Shown here: positions 1 to 13,656 of the stretch, piece after piece
Numbering within the stretch: the stretch's first letter is position 1
How the letters are laid out: each line of letters opens with the position of its first letter
From: Lobosporangium transversale
Lineage: Eukaryota
Direction: 5' to 3'
NCBI RefSeq assembly: GCF_002105155.1
Contig: NW_019028991.1
Span: 310,001 to 374,000 of the forward strand
Length of the DNA: 64,000 nt
Translations under genes and position numbers: made by a program
Notes under the pieces: model-generated
Database searches by the model: none
The model's input: the letters and a program-made list of their open reading frames with translations, nothing else
What the model was told of the DNA's origin: nothing

Positions 1-408
1 GCTCGAACGAGAAGACGATGAAGCTGGAAGTGAAGAAGATGCAGGATCTGTATGGCGGATTTTTCGCATTTTGACAGGTGAGTTTGGGTCATTGAGCGAT
101 GGAGAGGATACTATGTGATCACGAATGCTCTGATTCTTAACCTGATTTTCCTGCTCTCTAATTCTACTTCGTTCTCGGCTGTCTTCATCCGCGTCATGCG
201 TGCAACCATTACTGGAGGAGGAGAAGGAAGCGCGTCTCTTGTTTCCGTTGATATCGTCCGAAGAAGGTTTCCTTGTTATCCCGACACTGCTTGAAGAGGA
301 AGTCGCTCCGTTCAAGGGTTGATGCTGCCGTTGTTGGTGGTCATCCAGCTCAATGATCTCGCCCTCTTCAGCTTCAACAAGGTCATTCTGCAAAGGAGAA
401 GGAGACAT
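1..408 (-). CDS. 5' end of a gene running off the window: low-complexity S/R/E-rich N-terminus with an EEGEI motif (probably a nuclear RNA-processing factor or kinase; family not determinable)
   Basis: ATG at 408 opens a frame with no stop to position 1: MSPSPLQNDLVEAEEGEIIELDDHQQRQHQP...SRERSRIREQ... Not in the ORF track, probably because it has no stop within the window. Confidence 0.7.
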   Translation of the reverse strand, partial: MSPSPLQNDLVEAEEGEIIELDDHQQRQHQPLNGATSSSSSVGITRKPSSDDINGNKRRASFSSSSNGCTHDADEDSRERSRIREQENQVKNQSIRDHIVSSPSLNDPNSPVKMRKIRHTDPASSSLPASSSSRSS

Positions 409-1762
409 AACGAGAACGAATTATGAGCAACGATGATTATTCTTATTTTATGTAGAAAGCACAACAGACAAGGGAAAATAGGCAGCAGCAGGCAGGTAGC
501 AAGGTAGTAAGGTCGCAGTCTTTACGGTGTAAGCAAAGAAAGGGATAAAGAGGTAGAGGGAAAAAAATTGAAGTGCTGAAAAAGCTAAAATCAAAAATAG
601 TGATGCAAGGAAAGAAGCTGGGGTGCGATGTGAGATAGATATTTCAAGTTGTATGATTCACTGTTTCTTGTTCTTGATTCTTTTTTTTTTCTTTTTTTTC
701 TTTTTCTTTTCTTTTGTCTTGTTACGTTGAAGTCAGGCAGAAGCACGGCGATGAGCCTAGAAATGAATCAAGCGCTTCTCCGTTGGATCTTGCGTGCGTT
801 TTGTTGATGTCAGAAGAGTAGTTTGATGAAAAGGGATTGATGTGGAAACGAGTCTTGAAAGGAGCCTCCGCAATTAAAAAGACTCTTAAGGGTACTACTG
901 AACATCAATTGATCACCTGATTGTAGGAAATTTTCATTTCCTATACGTGTGAGAATCATTATCATATTATTTTATGTCTGGTATGCCTATTCATCTGAAG
1001 CTGAGCTATTTCCTTATTTGTAGATATATATATATTCTACATGTACAATCTAATAAGGAAGAGAGAATGTAATAGCTTCTGTAGACATCAACAATAAATG
1101 AACTCTATGCCATTTAGGCTCGATAACAAATAAAGGCGAGCAAATCTTCCTCTTCCAATCACTTAAAGCGATAGAAACCCGTATTTATTTCAATTCAAGA
1201 ATGTTTAGTATCCAATTGATTCCGGACCAATAACAATCCTGCAATGTAGTAACGCGACTTGCAGCATAATGAAGAGCATAAATGGGATATCTTTCCAATT
1301 GCTGATGTGATTACATAAAAAAATCGAAAGAAATGAAAGGCAAATTAATATCAATCAACACACCGAGTTGTTAATAACAGCTTTACAACTGAAGCTAATG
1401 TGTATAAACACAAAATTGGCTTTATTGCTGCACGGCGCAACTTTCCTTTGAAAGCATCGGTTGCTACTTTAGGATCTTTCTCTTCTTATGAAATGCGTGT
1501 AATCTGTATTGTTTCGATTTCTATGCTCATTCATAAAGTGCTCACATTCAACAAACATACATTGAGACACGAATTAAAAAATTGCTCTCGTCTAACAAGT
1601 CTTCCGCCATTTTGATCTCCACATGCCGTGTCTTGTCGTGCACCTTCATTAAGATGCTTTATTTCTAATAAGACACCAAGAACAATAACGGAAGAACTAG
1701 ATTAGTGTTAATCAATATAAGGAAAATAGTAGTTGGCAGCCAAGATTTCCTTCGTTCAATCT

Positions 1763-1794
<32 letters not shown>

Positions 1795-2028
1795 TAAATA
1801 AATAAATATCAGCACTTTTCTTCTTCTTCTTCTTCCACTCTTCCTCAATACGAAAGTAGCCTTCGATCTTGACATTCTCCATATATCTCCCCAGCTTCTA
1901 ACGCAAAGGCCTGTAACACATTTCTTTGGTTATACTTGTTTCATTCCTTTTTTCTCTCACTGTCGCTTTAATTCAATTTTCCTTTTTCACGCATAAAAAA
2001 AACAAAAACAAAAGGCTTCTCCTTTGTC

Positions 2029-2766
2029 ATGAAGTTCTCTCATTTTTCAACCCTCCTTTTTATAGTCATCATTGCTCTCATCGCCGTGGTTGAGGCTGGC
2101 AAGAGTAATAAGAAAAGGAAGCCCAATGCCCCTACACAAAGAGTCCGTTTCAACAGGAAGATGAATGGTGTGTCCACCTGGTTCAATGGACACGACCTAA
2201 AAGGCGTAAGTGTCCCATCTCTAAAACTGTAATATCAATTAAGATTTTGACAAGTGTTGGAAACTTTCGCGTGCTTCTCACAATGTACCTGAGAATGGAA
2301 CTTCTGGTACTTTTATTCAGCGATAGAATTTTATTCAGACATTAACTTTTTACTTTTATATATTTATGCGGATGGATGGATGGATCATATTTTTCGTTGT
2401 ATTTCTCTCGGTTTATTTCCTTGATAAAAAAAGGCTGCTTGCTATGGCACTCTATTGGGTAACAGCCACGTTGACGCTAAAGACGGCTGGTATATTGGAG
2501 CTGTTCGTATGAAGCACTATGTGGGTGGCTACCGCGCTGCTTGTTTTGAATGTGCTAGGATCACATCTGGACGTCGCTCAATTATTGTCCGTATTATCGA
2601 TGATTGCGCCGGTTGCAAACCCAACCAGATCGATTTAACGGCCTCCGCCTTCAAGGCTTTGGCTCCCCTGAGTCGCGGTGTCATTCACACTAAATACGAG
2701 TTTATCCGTTGCCCTTCTCGCGGAAACCTCAAATGGCCTAAATCCCCCAAGGCCCGTTCCAACTAG
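2029..2766 (+). CDS. Secreted RlpA-like double-psi beta-barrel (expansin-like/loosenin-type) protein, about 169 aa; exons 2029-2205, 2434-2766
   Basis: Signal peptide MKFSHFSTLLFIVIIALIAVVEA. GTAAGT donor at 2206 and AG at 2432-33 join in phase 0. DPBB motifs G..TWF..., AACYG, CFECARIT, VRIIDDCAGC, IDLTASAFKALA..G.I. Confidence 0.85.
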
Positions 2767-3602
2767 ATACACTTTCCGGAAAACCTTTTTTTTTTTTTCT
2801 TTTTTTTAAGATGTACGAAAAAACGAAAAGTAGATGATTATGACAGATAGAGAGCGCAGAGAAAGAGAAAATAAGGCTGGTCCTTTATTTCTACATTGAA
2901 AAATTATGTAAAAAACAAATGCTACTTCACTCTTTGTTGATTTCCCTACGCAGTTATTTACAAGGCTGGCTTGGCAGTTGAGTGATTGATATTTTGGCAT
3001 TCGTCGCATACCAAAAAGAGGCACCACCTGTCAAACCAAAATTTTTTAATTGACAGCTCAATAAAAATGCAAAATTGGATGAGGCATTTTTGAACATCCT
3101 CTCGGGTACTCACAAATTCGCTAGCTGTCAGACCTTTTAAAAAATAAAGTCAAGCGCCACTGATAAGAAACCAATGGTACGGATAAATATACGTGTATAA
3201 TAGTTGCTTCGCTTACTCTCCTCGAAAGACGATGGCCATTCGCGACCAATGAAGCACGTCCAAGAAAGTAAAATGAAATATTCAGTAACTTGGAAACATG
3301 CAGCCGCATTATGAACGACATGTTCTGGGCATCATTGGGAAAAAAAAAAAAAAAAAAAAAAGAGGGTTTGGCAATCCGCATTTTGCCGTTGGGCACAAAG
3401 TGAAACCTCTTTTTATATGCGATATTGTTGATCACATCCTTCCAATGCAATTACAGCACTGGTTATGTAAATGAAAAAACTATTCTTGGAACCGAGGTAG
3501 TCGCACTTATTTCATGAGGGGTGTTTTAGTGCTATCAGCATCATTTTATTGGCGTAAAGACATGGGCCAAAACTAGAAAGGGAAGGGTGCGGAGAAGGAC
3601 CT

Positions 3603-6600
3603 TTAAATTGGAATGAGCTTTTCCAAGTGCTGAGGTAAGAGTTGCTGGAAGAACAAGGGCGCAATAATCATCATAATAAATGCTACAAATACCACAACGA
3701 ACAATATACCATATCTCCAAGCAACACGCCGGCGCTGCGCTCTTATCTTTGCAGGAAAAATGGGTGGTCGGATCTGCTTGCTGGGCCGTAGCCAGAACAA
3801 CATGATTGAATGCCAACGGTCCGCCCAAGGAATCAAGCAAGCTGGGAACAGCATAAACAAGATCAAGTGTCCCATAATGAAATCGCAAGAAAACATAGAC
3901 ATCTCAATTATCTTGCACAAGTACTCGCGAAGCGGCTGTGAGACTGCATGCAAGCCCAAACCACGGCCATGCCACTTGCCTGTCCACCAAGCACGGTTAG
4001 TCTCATCATGCTTGAATTCACGTGTCAAGAACATGGTTATCGTGACCTTGAAGGCAAATCGTTGGACAGAGATAGCTGCAATTACTCCTAACACCGCATG
4101 GGCAGCATTCCAAGCTTCCAATGCCCAAATTGCTTCGAAGAAGAATATTTGCGAGATGACTGCAATTGCATGCGCGATAGCAGCCATGATTGATCCAAAC
4201 TTGATACAGCACATATTCATGAGGGGCCCCAGGAGTAGTGATACCCCGAACAGGACCGCCAGTACGCCAGCATTAACTACTAGAGGACCAAGAGCAAAAA
4301 TCCCAACGCGAAGCAATCCACTTGTAAAGACAGCAGTACCATTGTTAGTGACCATGCTAGGAAAGGATCGGACAAACATGTAGCAAATAGTGCAGAGGCT
4401 CATCTGTATGAAAGGGAGGACGATCTCTGAGAAAAAAATAAGCAAAAAATTGGCTCTGGGAATGTCGCCGCCAAGTTTCTCTGAAGGATGTCCGAGCCTT
4501 TTACGCTTGTAACCTGTGATACGAGTGCGGAGGGTGCGACAATATGAAATCCATGACGAAACATGTGTCCTTGAGTTACCGCGGGAGAGCCATCTCAAAA
4601 ATTCGCGGTAGTCGATTAAAAAGTCTGTGAACGCAAATTGGTGGGGGTTAAAGATGAAGGGCGAAATAATCAGCGCCAGGACTGAGACCCAGAAGTATAT
4701 CAGATGAGGAACCCACATAGTGAGCGATGCAAAGATCAGCATGATGAGCATGCGTATGCCCAAGTACAGCGAAGGTCCAGCAAAACGGGGGTAGAGCAGC
4801 GCAAAGGGTGTCCGGGTCGTTGCGAATCCACGGCCGGTGGCAATATAACGAGCTCCACCGAACGACAGGTTGGTCAAAATCGAATTGGCGTAGATTTGTG
4901 TCACAAATACCTCAAACAAAGGCGAAAGCGACATGAAATGTTTTCCTAGACGGATGATGCTCCTAGCAAAGCCGCGCTCCATGAATTCCTGAAGAAACAG
5001 AGGCAAGAAGGCAATAAAGAAGACAAGGAATATGGAAAGAACACAGCGCTTGATCCAGTCGTACACAGGCACCAAGTTCACACAGCTATCTTGTGCAATA
5101 TCAGAACAAACTTCGACCGATGATGCCATAGCACCGATAAAGAGCATTGAGAATAAGAAGAGTTGGATTGAAAGCATAATGAATATGTTGTTAACATGGA
5201 ATCCAGGGTGAGCATAGTAGAAAGTAAGGAAGCGATCGAGCGGTAGCTGTGTCCCCAAGTAATAATACTCTCGCGATAGCATTTGCTCTCCCATCCCAGT
5301 GCCGATCTTGGTGTTAAAATTGAGGATAGAGCCGAATCCAAGGTCGCGACCCTTCCCGCACTGAATATACTCTGTGTGCTTGATCCTCCCACCGCGGCTG
5401 AAAGCCATCATACCAGCATAGATATCTTCGTTCAAATGCAAGCCCTTCTGTGCCTTACTGACGCCTAGGTTATTAATCATCAATGAATCATAAATTAACC
5501 TGATATTCATCATGCTTAATGTCAACATTGTTAGTCCCACAAACAGCTGTATCCTTACCCCCGCGTGTAGACATGAAGATAAAGTTGAGGAAATCAGGAT
5601 GTCCATAATGCAGTTTGCCACCAATTTTGGCCATCATGCGCTGAGTCAACGTGCCAAATGTCTGCTCTTTTCCAGCAGCAACATCTCCCAAAACGCCAAT
5701 ATTCTCCGAGAAAATGTACTCGCGAGCACCAACAATGGCCACAGGCTCAGGTACATCCTTGGATTCGATCTGAGGCGAATAAGGAGATACTCCAGGGGTA
5801 TGATATTGCTCAAATTCCCCAAGGACATTGCGAATCTTGAGAGTTTCCTCTAGATAATTGTCTTGGTTGGCATCGACTAACTGGATATACTCGCCTCGAG
5901 AAAAAACGATGGCGTGGTTTTGGTTGTCTGACTTGCCATCTCCTAGGATAGGGTTGCCAGGAAGGCGAATCATGAAACGAGGCTTACGCTTGCCGTCCGG
6001 CAGTACCTCACATTGACCATCAATAAGCACTGAGTACACAATAGGCTCCTCTCCTTCGACATCCGACGGGTGCTCATCAAGATACGTGATCTGAAGCTGA
6101 GGGTAAGCGCGTAATAAAAACTCGGCGTTCTCTGCTTCCTCCTTGCTGAATTTTGTATATCGCTGCATGGAGACTAAGAATTTAAACTTCTGTCGTGAAA
6201 GCCGGTCAAGCTCGCGTTCTAAGCGATCCCCATTTCCGCCGAATTGCTGTACCACGGCAGGATTTTCGACACGATAGAGGAGTTTGATGGCCTTGGAGTA
6301 GTTCATAAACCCAGAAACAGTGCGATACAGCGTTTGTGCACGGAGGGATGCCCAGATACGGGTGCGAAGAGTGTACTCAGGTGCAGCAGACTTGAAACCG
6401 ATACAGTAAAAAGGAAGGTCGTCGCTTTTGACCTTGCCCATATCTTTCATGCTACCCTTCTCGCTGTCCAGACCAGTACTGCTGGCGGCACTTCCAAACA
6501 TTGTCGACTCCTCCGCCAAGATTTTTGTATCCCTGACAAAGTTGTCCCATTCGACAGGGTGGAGCTGCTTCAAATATTCCAACAGTGTGACGCGACTATT

Positions 6601-9242
6601 CTGGTCTTCTTCTCTGATGACTTCACGGAGTGAGAGAAGAGTTTTTTCGGAATAATGAGGGACTAGTACCGTAAATGTAGGCATTTTATCGACAGGGAGT
6701 GGCTCGTGAATAGGAGTGGCGAGCGACTGGGCAAAAAAGGTGATGCGTCGCTCGGCCTCTGAGTGCTTAGGGTAGAATTCAGTCTGAAGTGAGGAGTCCT
6801 CTTGGGCCACGAAAAAAATGGGAGCCTTGAGCGTACGCTTGATTTCGTTCTCAGACGGCACCTGCTGGTAAAGGAGGCGCTGCACGTGCTCGATAGATAA
6901 TAAATGCTCACGATACATCGAAATGACAATCGCGTTCCAGATTTGCGAGCAAAGGACCTTGGGTTTATACTTGATGTCCATATCAGCGGCAGCCAAGATT
7001 TTGGCATATATGCGTTTTGGTAAACGAGAGAAGATATCGCGCCATGGTGTCCAAACAGAGATCCCGAGTTTAAACGAAAGGAAGACAGAGAAAATTGTGT
7101 TCCATATGACATACCACAGATATGTATCCAGAAAGAACAACACAAAGTCTACAACGAGCATGACAATGATGGTAAAGACAGGCATAATATTACAGAGCGA
7201 TTGCCCAATAAATTTATCCTTACAGTTGAGGATACGTTGGGAATACAAAACTTTGAGGGGTTCTTTGAAGGACCGTGCAAGGAAGAAGTATGATTCGACC
7301 ATCTTGCAAGCAAAAATAAGAGTCCAGAGGAAATATGAAAGCGCGCGACTTGACCGGTTGAGCTTAGGGAAGGAAGCAGTGAAGGTTTGCGAGGCCAGAT
7401 TCTTCCGAGTCGCCTTTGTGAAAGCTCCAAAAAGCTGGTTTGATGGAACGATGGCAAAAACTAGAGTAGTAATAAGCGAGATAGTAAGCTGAGTGATGCC
7501 GACAATCATGGAAGCTGTGCCAGTACGACTGATACCGCAGACGTATACTGAAGGGCCGGCATTAAGGACTAGCACCACGACAAGGATTGCTAGTCGACGT
7601 ACTAACATCGAAGAGTTGCTCCATGTTAAAGGAATAAACATGAATTCACAAATGACGCCAAGTAGCATAATCAGTGTGGCGATGGCTCCTCCAAGTGCAA
7701 CGATAGAGTAATGGACACCTTCTCCATCTATTTCCTTATCCATGTAAATAAAGCTAGAGTTCCAAGCCGTAAAGTACCAAAAAGGGACAACATGGATGAT
7801 CCAAATGCGCGTAAAGTTGACGGCCAAATGGAGCCAGGTCCGCTTCTCAATATAAGTCTTGCGGAATGCGGACTCCCAATTCACTTGGTTGAGAACCATC
7901 CAGCGTTTGCCAATGTGTATATCCACTAGCCTTGTTTTGTCCTTAAGTTGAATGCGTGCGATGCCCTCAGGGCTCCAGAATGCCTGGTTGATGTCATCGT
8001 AGCCAATCACAGAGCTGTGATCTCGTTCACGCTTGACATATTTACCTCCCTGGATTTCATAGGACTGGTTGCGGATGAATCGGTAGATGGGCATAACAAT
8101 ATTACGGAGGTACTCTCCTTCTATAACAGGATTCTCCAGCTGTTGGCATTCAGGTGACAGGTAGTAATCCTCAGCACACTTATAGATGAAGCAGAGACAC
8201 TCAGGTAAGAATCGGATTTGTGCCCCTTCTCCCCAAAGTAAGAGATAGAGCGCGACTTGACGAGCGCGGTCAAAGTGTGACATTTGATTCATTTTTGTCT
8301 TCCAGTGTTCCTCGGCCATTGCAAGGTTTTCATGGGCTTCAATGCTGACGGCGCCAGGTTGCGGAGCCATATAGTCGCGGTTCACCTTCTTGTCCTTCCC
8401 TGGAGCTGAGTGATAACCCATATGGTCATCTAGATCCAGCTGCGCCGCAAAGTACCACTTACGGTAGTTGGCATGCTCTCCTCCAATGTAATCTGCATGG
8501 ACTGTTGTTAATGCCTGTACAGGGCTCATTCGAGACGCCCTCGAATCAAGCATGGTCATGAATGCTTCATATTGGTTACGCATGTTGTCAGCCTGGAAGC
8601 CGAATTTCCTGGTTAAATCAAGCATAATTCCTTCGATCTCCTCGCGCGTTAGAGGCACCTGCTTCTCAATGGTCCATGAAGGGTAAGGATTCGGTGGTGG
8701 TTGAGAGGACATTTGGATGTTATCTGCGGAAGAGAGGTTCCCATATTGATATTGTTGACCAGGGAGAAGGCTACGTTTGCTTTCAAGAAGAGACAGGAGT
8801 GCTTCAGAGGATGGCGCATAGCCGATATAGCGACCATCGTCAGGGCCACGAAGAGGGCCAAAGAGATCAATTTCAGAAGCCCCAGTTGGATACTGTGGGT
8901 CCTCTGAGCTAGAAAAATACGTTCCGCTGTACGTTTGAGAAGCTCTCGTTTGTTCGCTCTCTGGTCGATCTATAAAATTCAAAGCAAACCACTACTATTA
9001 AGTATAGTTGGAGATCGACAAGAGACTGTAGGCTTCAGAGCCTGTGCTGTAGTGCATGTTCGTATCTCTTTTCTGGTGTCAACTCATTGAATACTGTAAG
9101 ACATACCAGTACTCATTCTAAAACCTGCTACTGGGGGGTAGACAAGAGAACGCTGGGAGCTAGAGGAATTATCTGTTTCTCTCCTCGGCAAATCATGCTC
9201 ATTATATTGGGGATAAGGTAGTTGTGATGTTGACGAGTTCAT
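3603..9242 (-). CDS. FKS1: 1,3-beta-glucan synthase catalytic subunit (GT48), about 1802 aa; exons 9242-9107, 8969-5559, 5464-3603
   Basis: Typical FKS motifs (FGFQ.DNMRNQ, ANYRKWYFAAQLD, PTFTVLVPHYSEK, RIWASLRAQTLYRT, GDGKSDNQNH, TRGG|VSKAQKGLHLNEDIYAG, QCGKGRDLGF). GT-AG introns 8970-9106 and 5465-5558 keep the frame. Confidence 0.97.
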
Positions 9243-12200
9243 AATATTAAAAATTAAATATATATGCTGAAGGGAGAGCAATAGTTAAGATTGTGTCTAT
9301 ACGATATGCGCCTGAAATATGCTATTGCCTGGATTAGTTGATGTCTGAGAAGTGGGGTGACCAAGTAAGATGAAAAGAAATAGAGGTTGGATAACAATAT
9401 ATAAGCGTAGTTAGATATATAATATTAGGTTTAATAACCAAACAATTATGGAATAAACAGACGATGTGTCAAGGAAATGCGAAGGTGAAAATAAAGAAGT
9501 GAGAAAGATGAAGAAGAAAGAGTGAGGGAAAGCGCTCAGAGAACTTAGAGAATGAAGAACAAGAACAGGAGCAAGAAATAATTTTGTGATCTCGATTCCA
9601 CCTGCAGAGCACAACAGGGAATGCCATACGTGTTTTGGGTAAATAACTTAAAAACGGCAGTGAGTTAATGTTGTTGACCAACATCAGATTGACGATGCTA
9701 AAGCCGTCATTGTTACCCCGTGTTGTTTATCAATGGCTATAGATATCGTACTATTAAATTGCCTACTTCAGCCCTGAAGTTACATCTCCATTGGTTCTGG
9801 ATATCTATACTAGTGGGATTGCTTGAGCCTGGGTTCTTAATACGGAGGTAAAGTAGTAATGCCAGAAAATATTTCAGCTCATGGTGTCCCCCGGACCTCC
9901 AAGCATTTGTCACTATATAATCTCATCCCTGCGCATCCTTCTTAACCTCACATATCCAAATGAGTCTCTCCGATACCGCCTCGAAACAGGTTCCCAGGAG
10001 GCTCTACGAAGAAAAACAAAAGCAAAGAATAAGGTGTAGATGGGTCTCTGTGTGTATATCCCTTTACAATTTCGGTGATGACCATGTATGGCCCTAAAAA
10101 GCAGCGCGGGCGATTTTAATATGTGGATTTTGCAACTTCAATTCAGCATGGATTTCAGCGTAAAAAGGATTTATTTATAAGAATCAATAGAAATAATGTT
10201 TGTGGAATGAATAGCATACAAATTGTGTTTGCTCCCTGAGCTGTTTGTACGACATCAAGCTCGGTGTCCACAAAGTCATCTCTGACGACACCGCGTGTAA
10301 TGTTGTTCTTCGATAGCAACTCCAAACCGCTGCTCCTACCACCAGAGAGGAGTAATAAATTGTTTAAGACTGAGGATAAGTGCTGAAGTGTCCTACACGA
10401 TGTATCAGTACATTGAGAGGAACAGCAGCAGTAGTGATTAATGTCCAAGACTCGAGGACCGTTGAGAAGATGGAAAAGAATTATCTTAAAAAAAAAGTGT
10501 TCCTGAATTTGTGTTATTTGTGTTGTTTAGGTTAGCTGCAACTTTGATCTCATTTTTTGTACTCATTAAGACGCAATCTTTTTTTTGTAATCTTCTTGCA
10601 TTATCAATGCGTGTGCCTGCAGGCAAATTTATTCCATCCTTCCAAAGACCACTAAGATGAAGATATTTTTGTTTTCTTTCCTTAGATCTTTATCATGGAA
10701 TCAATCCATATCTCTTAATTTCTCAATTCACATGGATGGCATGAATACAATGCAGTGTAAGAAGGAACGGTTTTTCGAAATGATGACTTCTAATTATCAC
10801 CTTTTTACTCTCATTCCTACTTCAAGGCAGAACGCTCTATCGCGATCAAGCCATGCTTGCGTTCTAAAGTCAACGGCGATAAACAATGCCTCACTTAGCT
10901 TTTTCTGACTTGTTATTCCTTCTATTGTTTACATTTTAGACAGCACTTTTTTACTGTTACTCAATCATTCCCTGTCCGTATATTTTTGAGACATTGACAA
11001 GGCACGTTGTACTCTTATTGTCACTTCTGTGTTGGGAGAAAGACCAAATGCACATCTCACCTATGCTCAGTATCAGTCTAACTCAACAATTATCTTGTGA
11101 TGCCACCATGTCTCTACCCAATTGCAATCTTAGCTCAACTATCATCAAATACACTATCCTGGCCCCAAGGAGTAAATTTCATCAAAAGCGTAACGTATCA
11201 GGCCAAAACAATAGCTTCAAATACGATGAATTCCTTCTCTGAAGCAGATTGTAGACACGACTTTGTTCTCCTGAAAGACTTCGGATTGAACACAGCCTGT
11301 ACCGGATTTTTTTTTTTTTTATTTTTATTTTTTTAAAAAAAAACTACTCGCCTCCTAAGATGAAGCTTTTGGTGCCGTCTGTATTTCAAACTCAAATTTT
11401 ATTACTGTGTATGGATTTACACAGGTCGGTCAATATATTCTTCAACCACGGCGGACACATGAAGGCGACAGGTTATTTAATCTCGAGCTCTGTTGCGCTT
11501 CAGCACTCAATTATTTGAATCAGTATAGATTATCTAGGATAGCGTCCAAAGCGCGTAAGATACCTCCAAAAGCAATGAATGCACGACGAACAACTACAAG
11601 GTAACCACTGCTAGCACATACTTCGAGACACCAAATTGTACATCAGATCCATTGCTTCACGCAAAATTCTAGTTGAATATCCCAATAACGATCATAATTC
11701 GACTCTGAGTCCAGGATGACTTCATTTGCGGATCGAAATTGGAGTGTGTTGATTTTACGACATCTACATTTATAAACGATATATTACTGAAACGGCTTGT
11801 TGGGCCTCTGACCACGCCGATCGCATCAAAGAGATCGTTCCATACTTGATTCCAGCCCTCTTTTCAAAGTCTGGCTGTAGACCTGTTACCCTCCACACTT
11901 TCCCGGAGGTTTGCTCCAGACAATTTGAGCCCATGGTCTGGAGGTATTGCTTATGGATGGTCTCAACCTAAGTGGACAATATTTTAACGTTTATCGGGTT
12001 CGCGAATTCTATTGGTTCAAGCTCCAAAAATGCCGTCGCTGACGGATATTACGAGTAATGAAACCCATCCGTATGTCCTTTCAACAAGCTTTCCTTGAGT
12101 AAGTCTGACGTTACCTTCCATCATTTCTACTTACATAAAAGATTGTATGATGCTCACGCTAAATTGTGTTGCATCAGAGGCCGCTCTTTCTGTTCCAAGA

Positions 12201-12376
12201 ATCATTGGAACACAGTTGGACACATGTCTTGCGACAACGAAAAGGCAGACGTTTATGGCATTACCTCCACATGAGCACTGGGGTTTCTATAGATGTGGCT
12301 TAGACAAGCAAACGAAGCGTTATTTTTTTTGGACATCTCTTCAAAATTAAGTTCTTCCCTTTTGATTCAGTACAAG

Positions 12377-13656
12377 ATGGCAAGTCACGTGAACTGAACT
12401 ACACCTCCTTGATCGAAGATGCTTTATACTGGACGGATACGGGATCATACTGGAGTCAGCCATCCATTAGAAACATCTTCTACATCGATTATGAAGTCTG
12501 CATCATATTTTCGGACTGAACGAATCTATGGCGTTTCTCCGAATTAGCCTTTGGAAAAGTCTCTCAATAGGAACATCACTGGCATTGAGATTTATTGTTC
12601 CGTCAGCAAGTGTCTTCTGATAATGAAAAAATATCACTAATGCATCACTTACTATATAACATCACGGAGAAATCCGAGGATTTGGAACAGTATGCATCAT
12701 CTCTAAACTTCATTGCATGATGAAACTTTGTTCAAAAATACAAAGCGCCTAGGATGTTACAAAAAAAAGGCGATAATTTCGGAAGTCATCAACCCATCAG
12801 TGAAGCCACTTTCTAAATGGATATATCAGCAAGCAATAATCTCAGTATATGGGCACCAGACAAAATAACTTGATGAGACTAACACCAACCTATGCACTTA
12901 CATCTCTCGATTGTCACAACAGTTGGCTGTCGATCTCTTGAACCCCTCTCACGCTCATGAGCAGAAGACTCACAAGTTGAAGAGACTCGTGCAGTCTCCC
13001 AACTCTTACTTCATGGATGTCAAGTGCCCTGTAAGTGTTCATTCATTACATCAGGAAGTTTGCAGGAACGTCAGGATCTAGGACTTTATATTATATATTT
13101 ATTTGCAGCCAGTCATTCTTCATAAAATAATGAGATAAAAAAAAAAAAAGATATTCAACTTTGCAGTCGTCTGAGTACGCCTTCTTTCAATATCGAGATT
13201 CAACTAGACAAGCATTGATAATCGGTGACCGCCAGGAAATATCCCTATCGTATTACACAACGACATTCAGTTGCTGTTGCTGCTATGAGTTGCATCTGTA
13301 AACAGGATCTACAGGGATTATTGCACAATCAATTTGTGAGATCAAAATCACTGTTGTGCTGATGCTGTTATTCTTGTCTCTCATTTGTTCGACTTATTCT
13401 CTCTCCAGGGATGCGTTCAGATTACCACTGTCTTCTCGCACGCGCAGACTGTCGTCATGTGCTCAAGCTGCGCTAACGTTCTTGCTCAGCCCACTGGTGG
13501 TATTACCCGCTTGACCGAGGGTATGTTGTAAATTTAAATCAATTTTGAGGAATGTTTCATCTTCCACGATCTGTCATGATCTTTTTTTTAATGGTCAACG
13601 TCTGTTTTTTTCATTATCTCATTTTAGGCTGCTCTTTCCGCCGCAAGCAAGCCTAA
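12377..13656 (+). CDS. RPS27: 40S ribosomal protein eS27, about 83 aa; exons 12377-12379, 12923-13030, 13409-13520, 13628-13656
   Basis: [57 protein letters not shown]...QPTGG...LTEG|CSFRRK. The first exon (ATG only, followed by a GCAAGT donor) is inferred. Confidence 0.95.

Noticed and set aside
3760..8912. Plus-strand ORFs antisense to FKS1 (e.g. 3760-4383, 6923-7492)
   Set aside because: Shadow ORFs of a long conserved coding strand, with no recognisable motifs.
10155..10480. Coding-like patch and 97-aa minus-strand ORF between FKS1 and RPS27
   Set aside because: No ATG start, no recognisable motif, and stops in the other frames. At most an unassignable relic.
11400..12300. Homopolymer-poor stretch that could be a gene or transposon remnant
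   Set aside because: The frames I translated were short and gave no recognisable domain, and I saw no TIR or LTR. It needs a homology search.
12717..12900. ATGATGA box C in RPS27 intron 1
   Set aside because: No downstream CTGA box D at a suitable distance.
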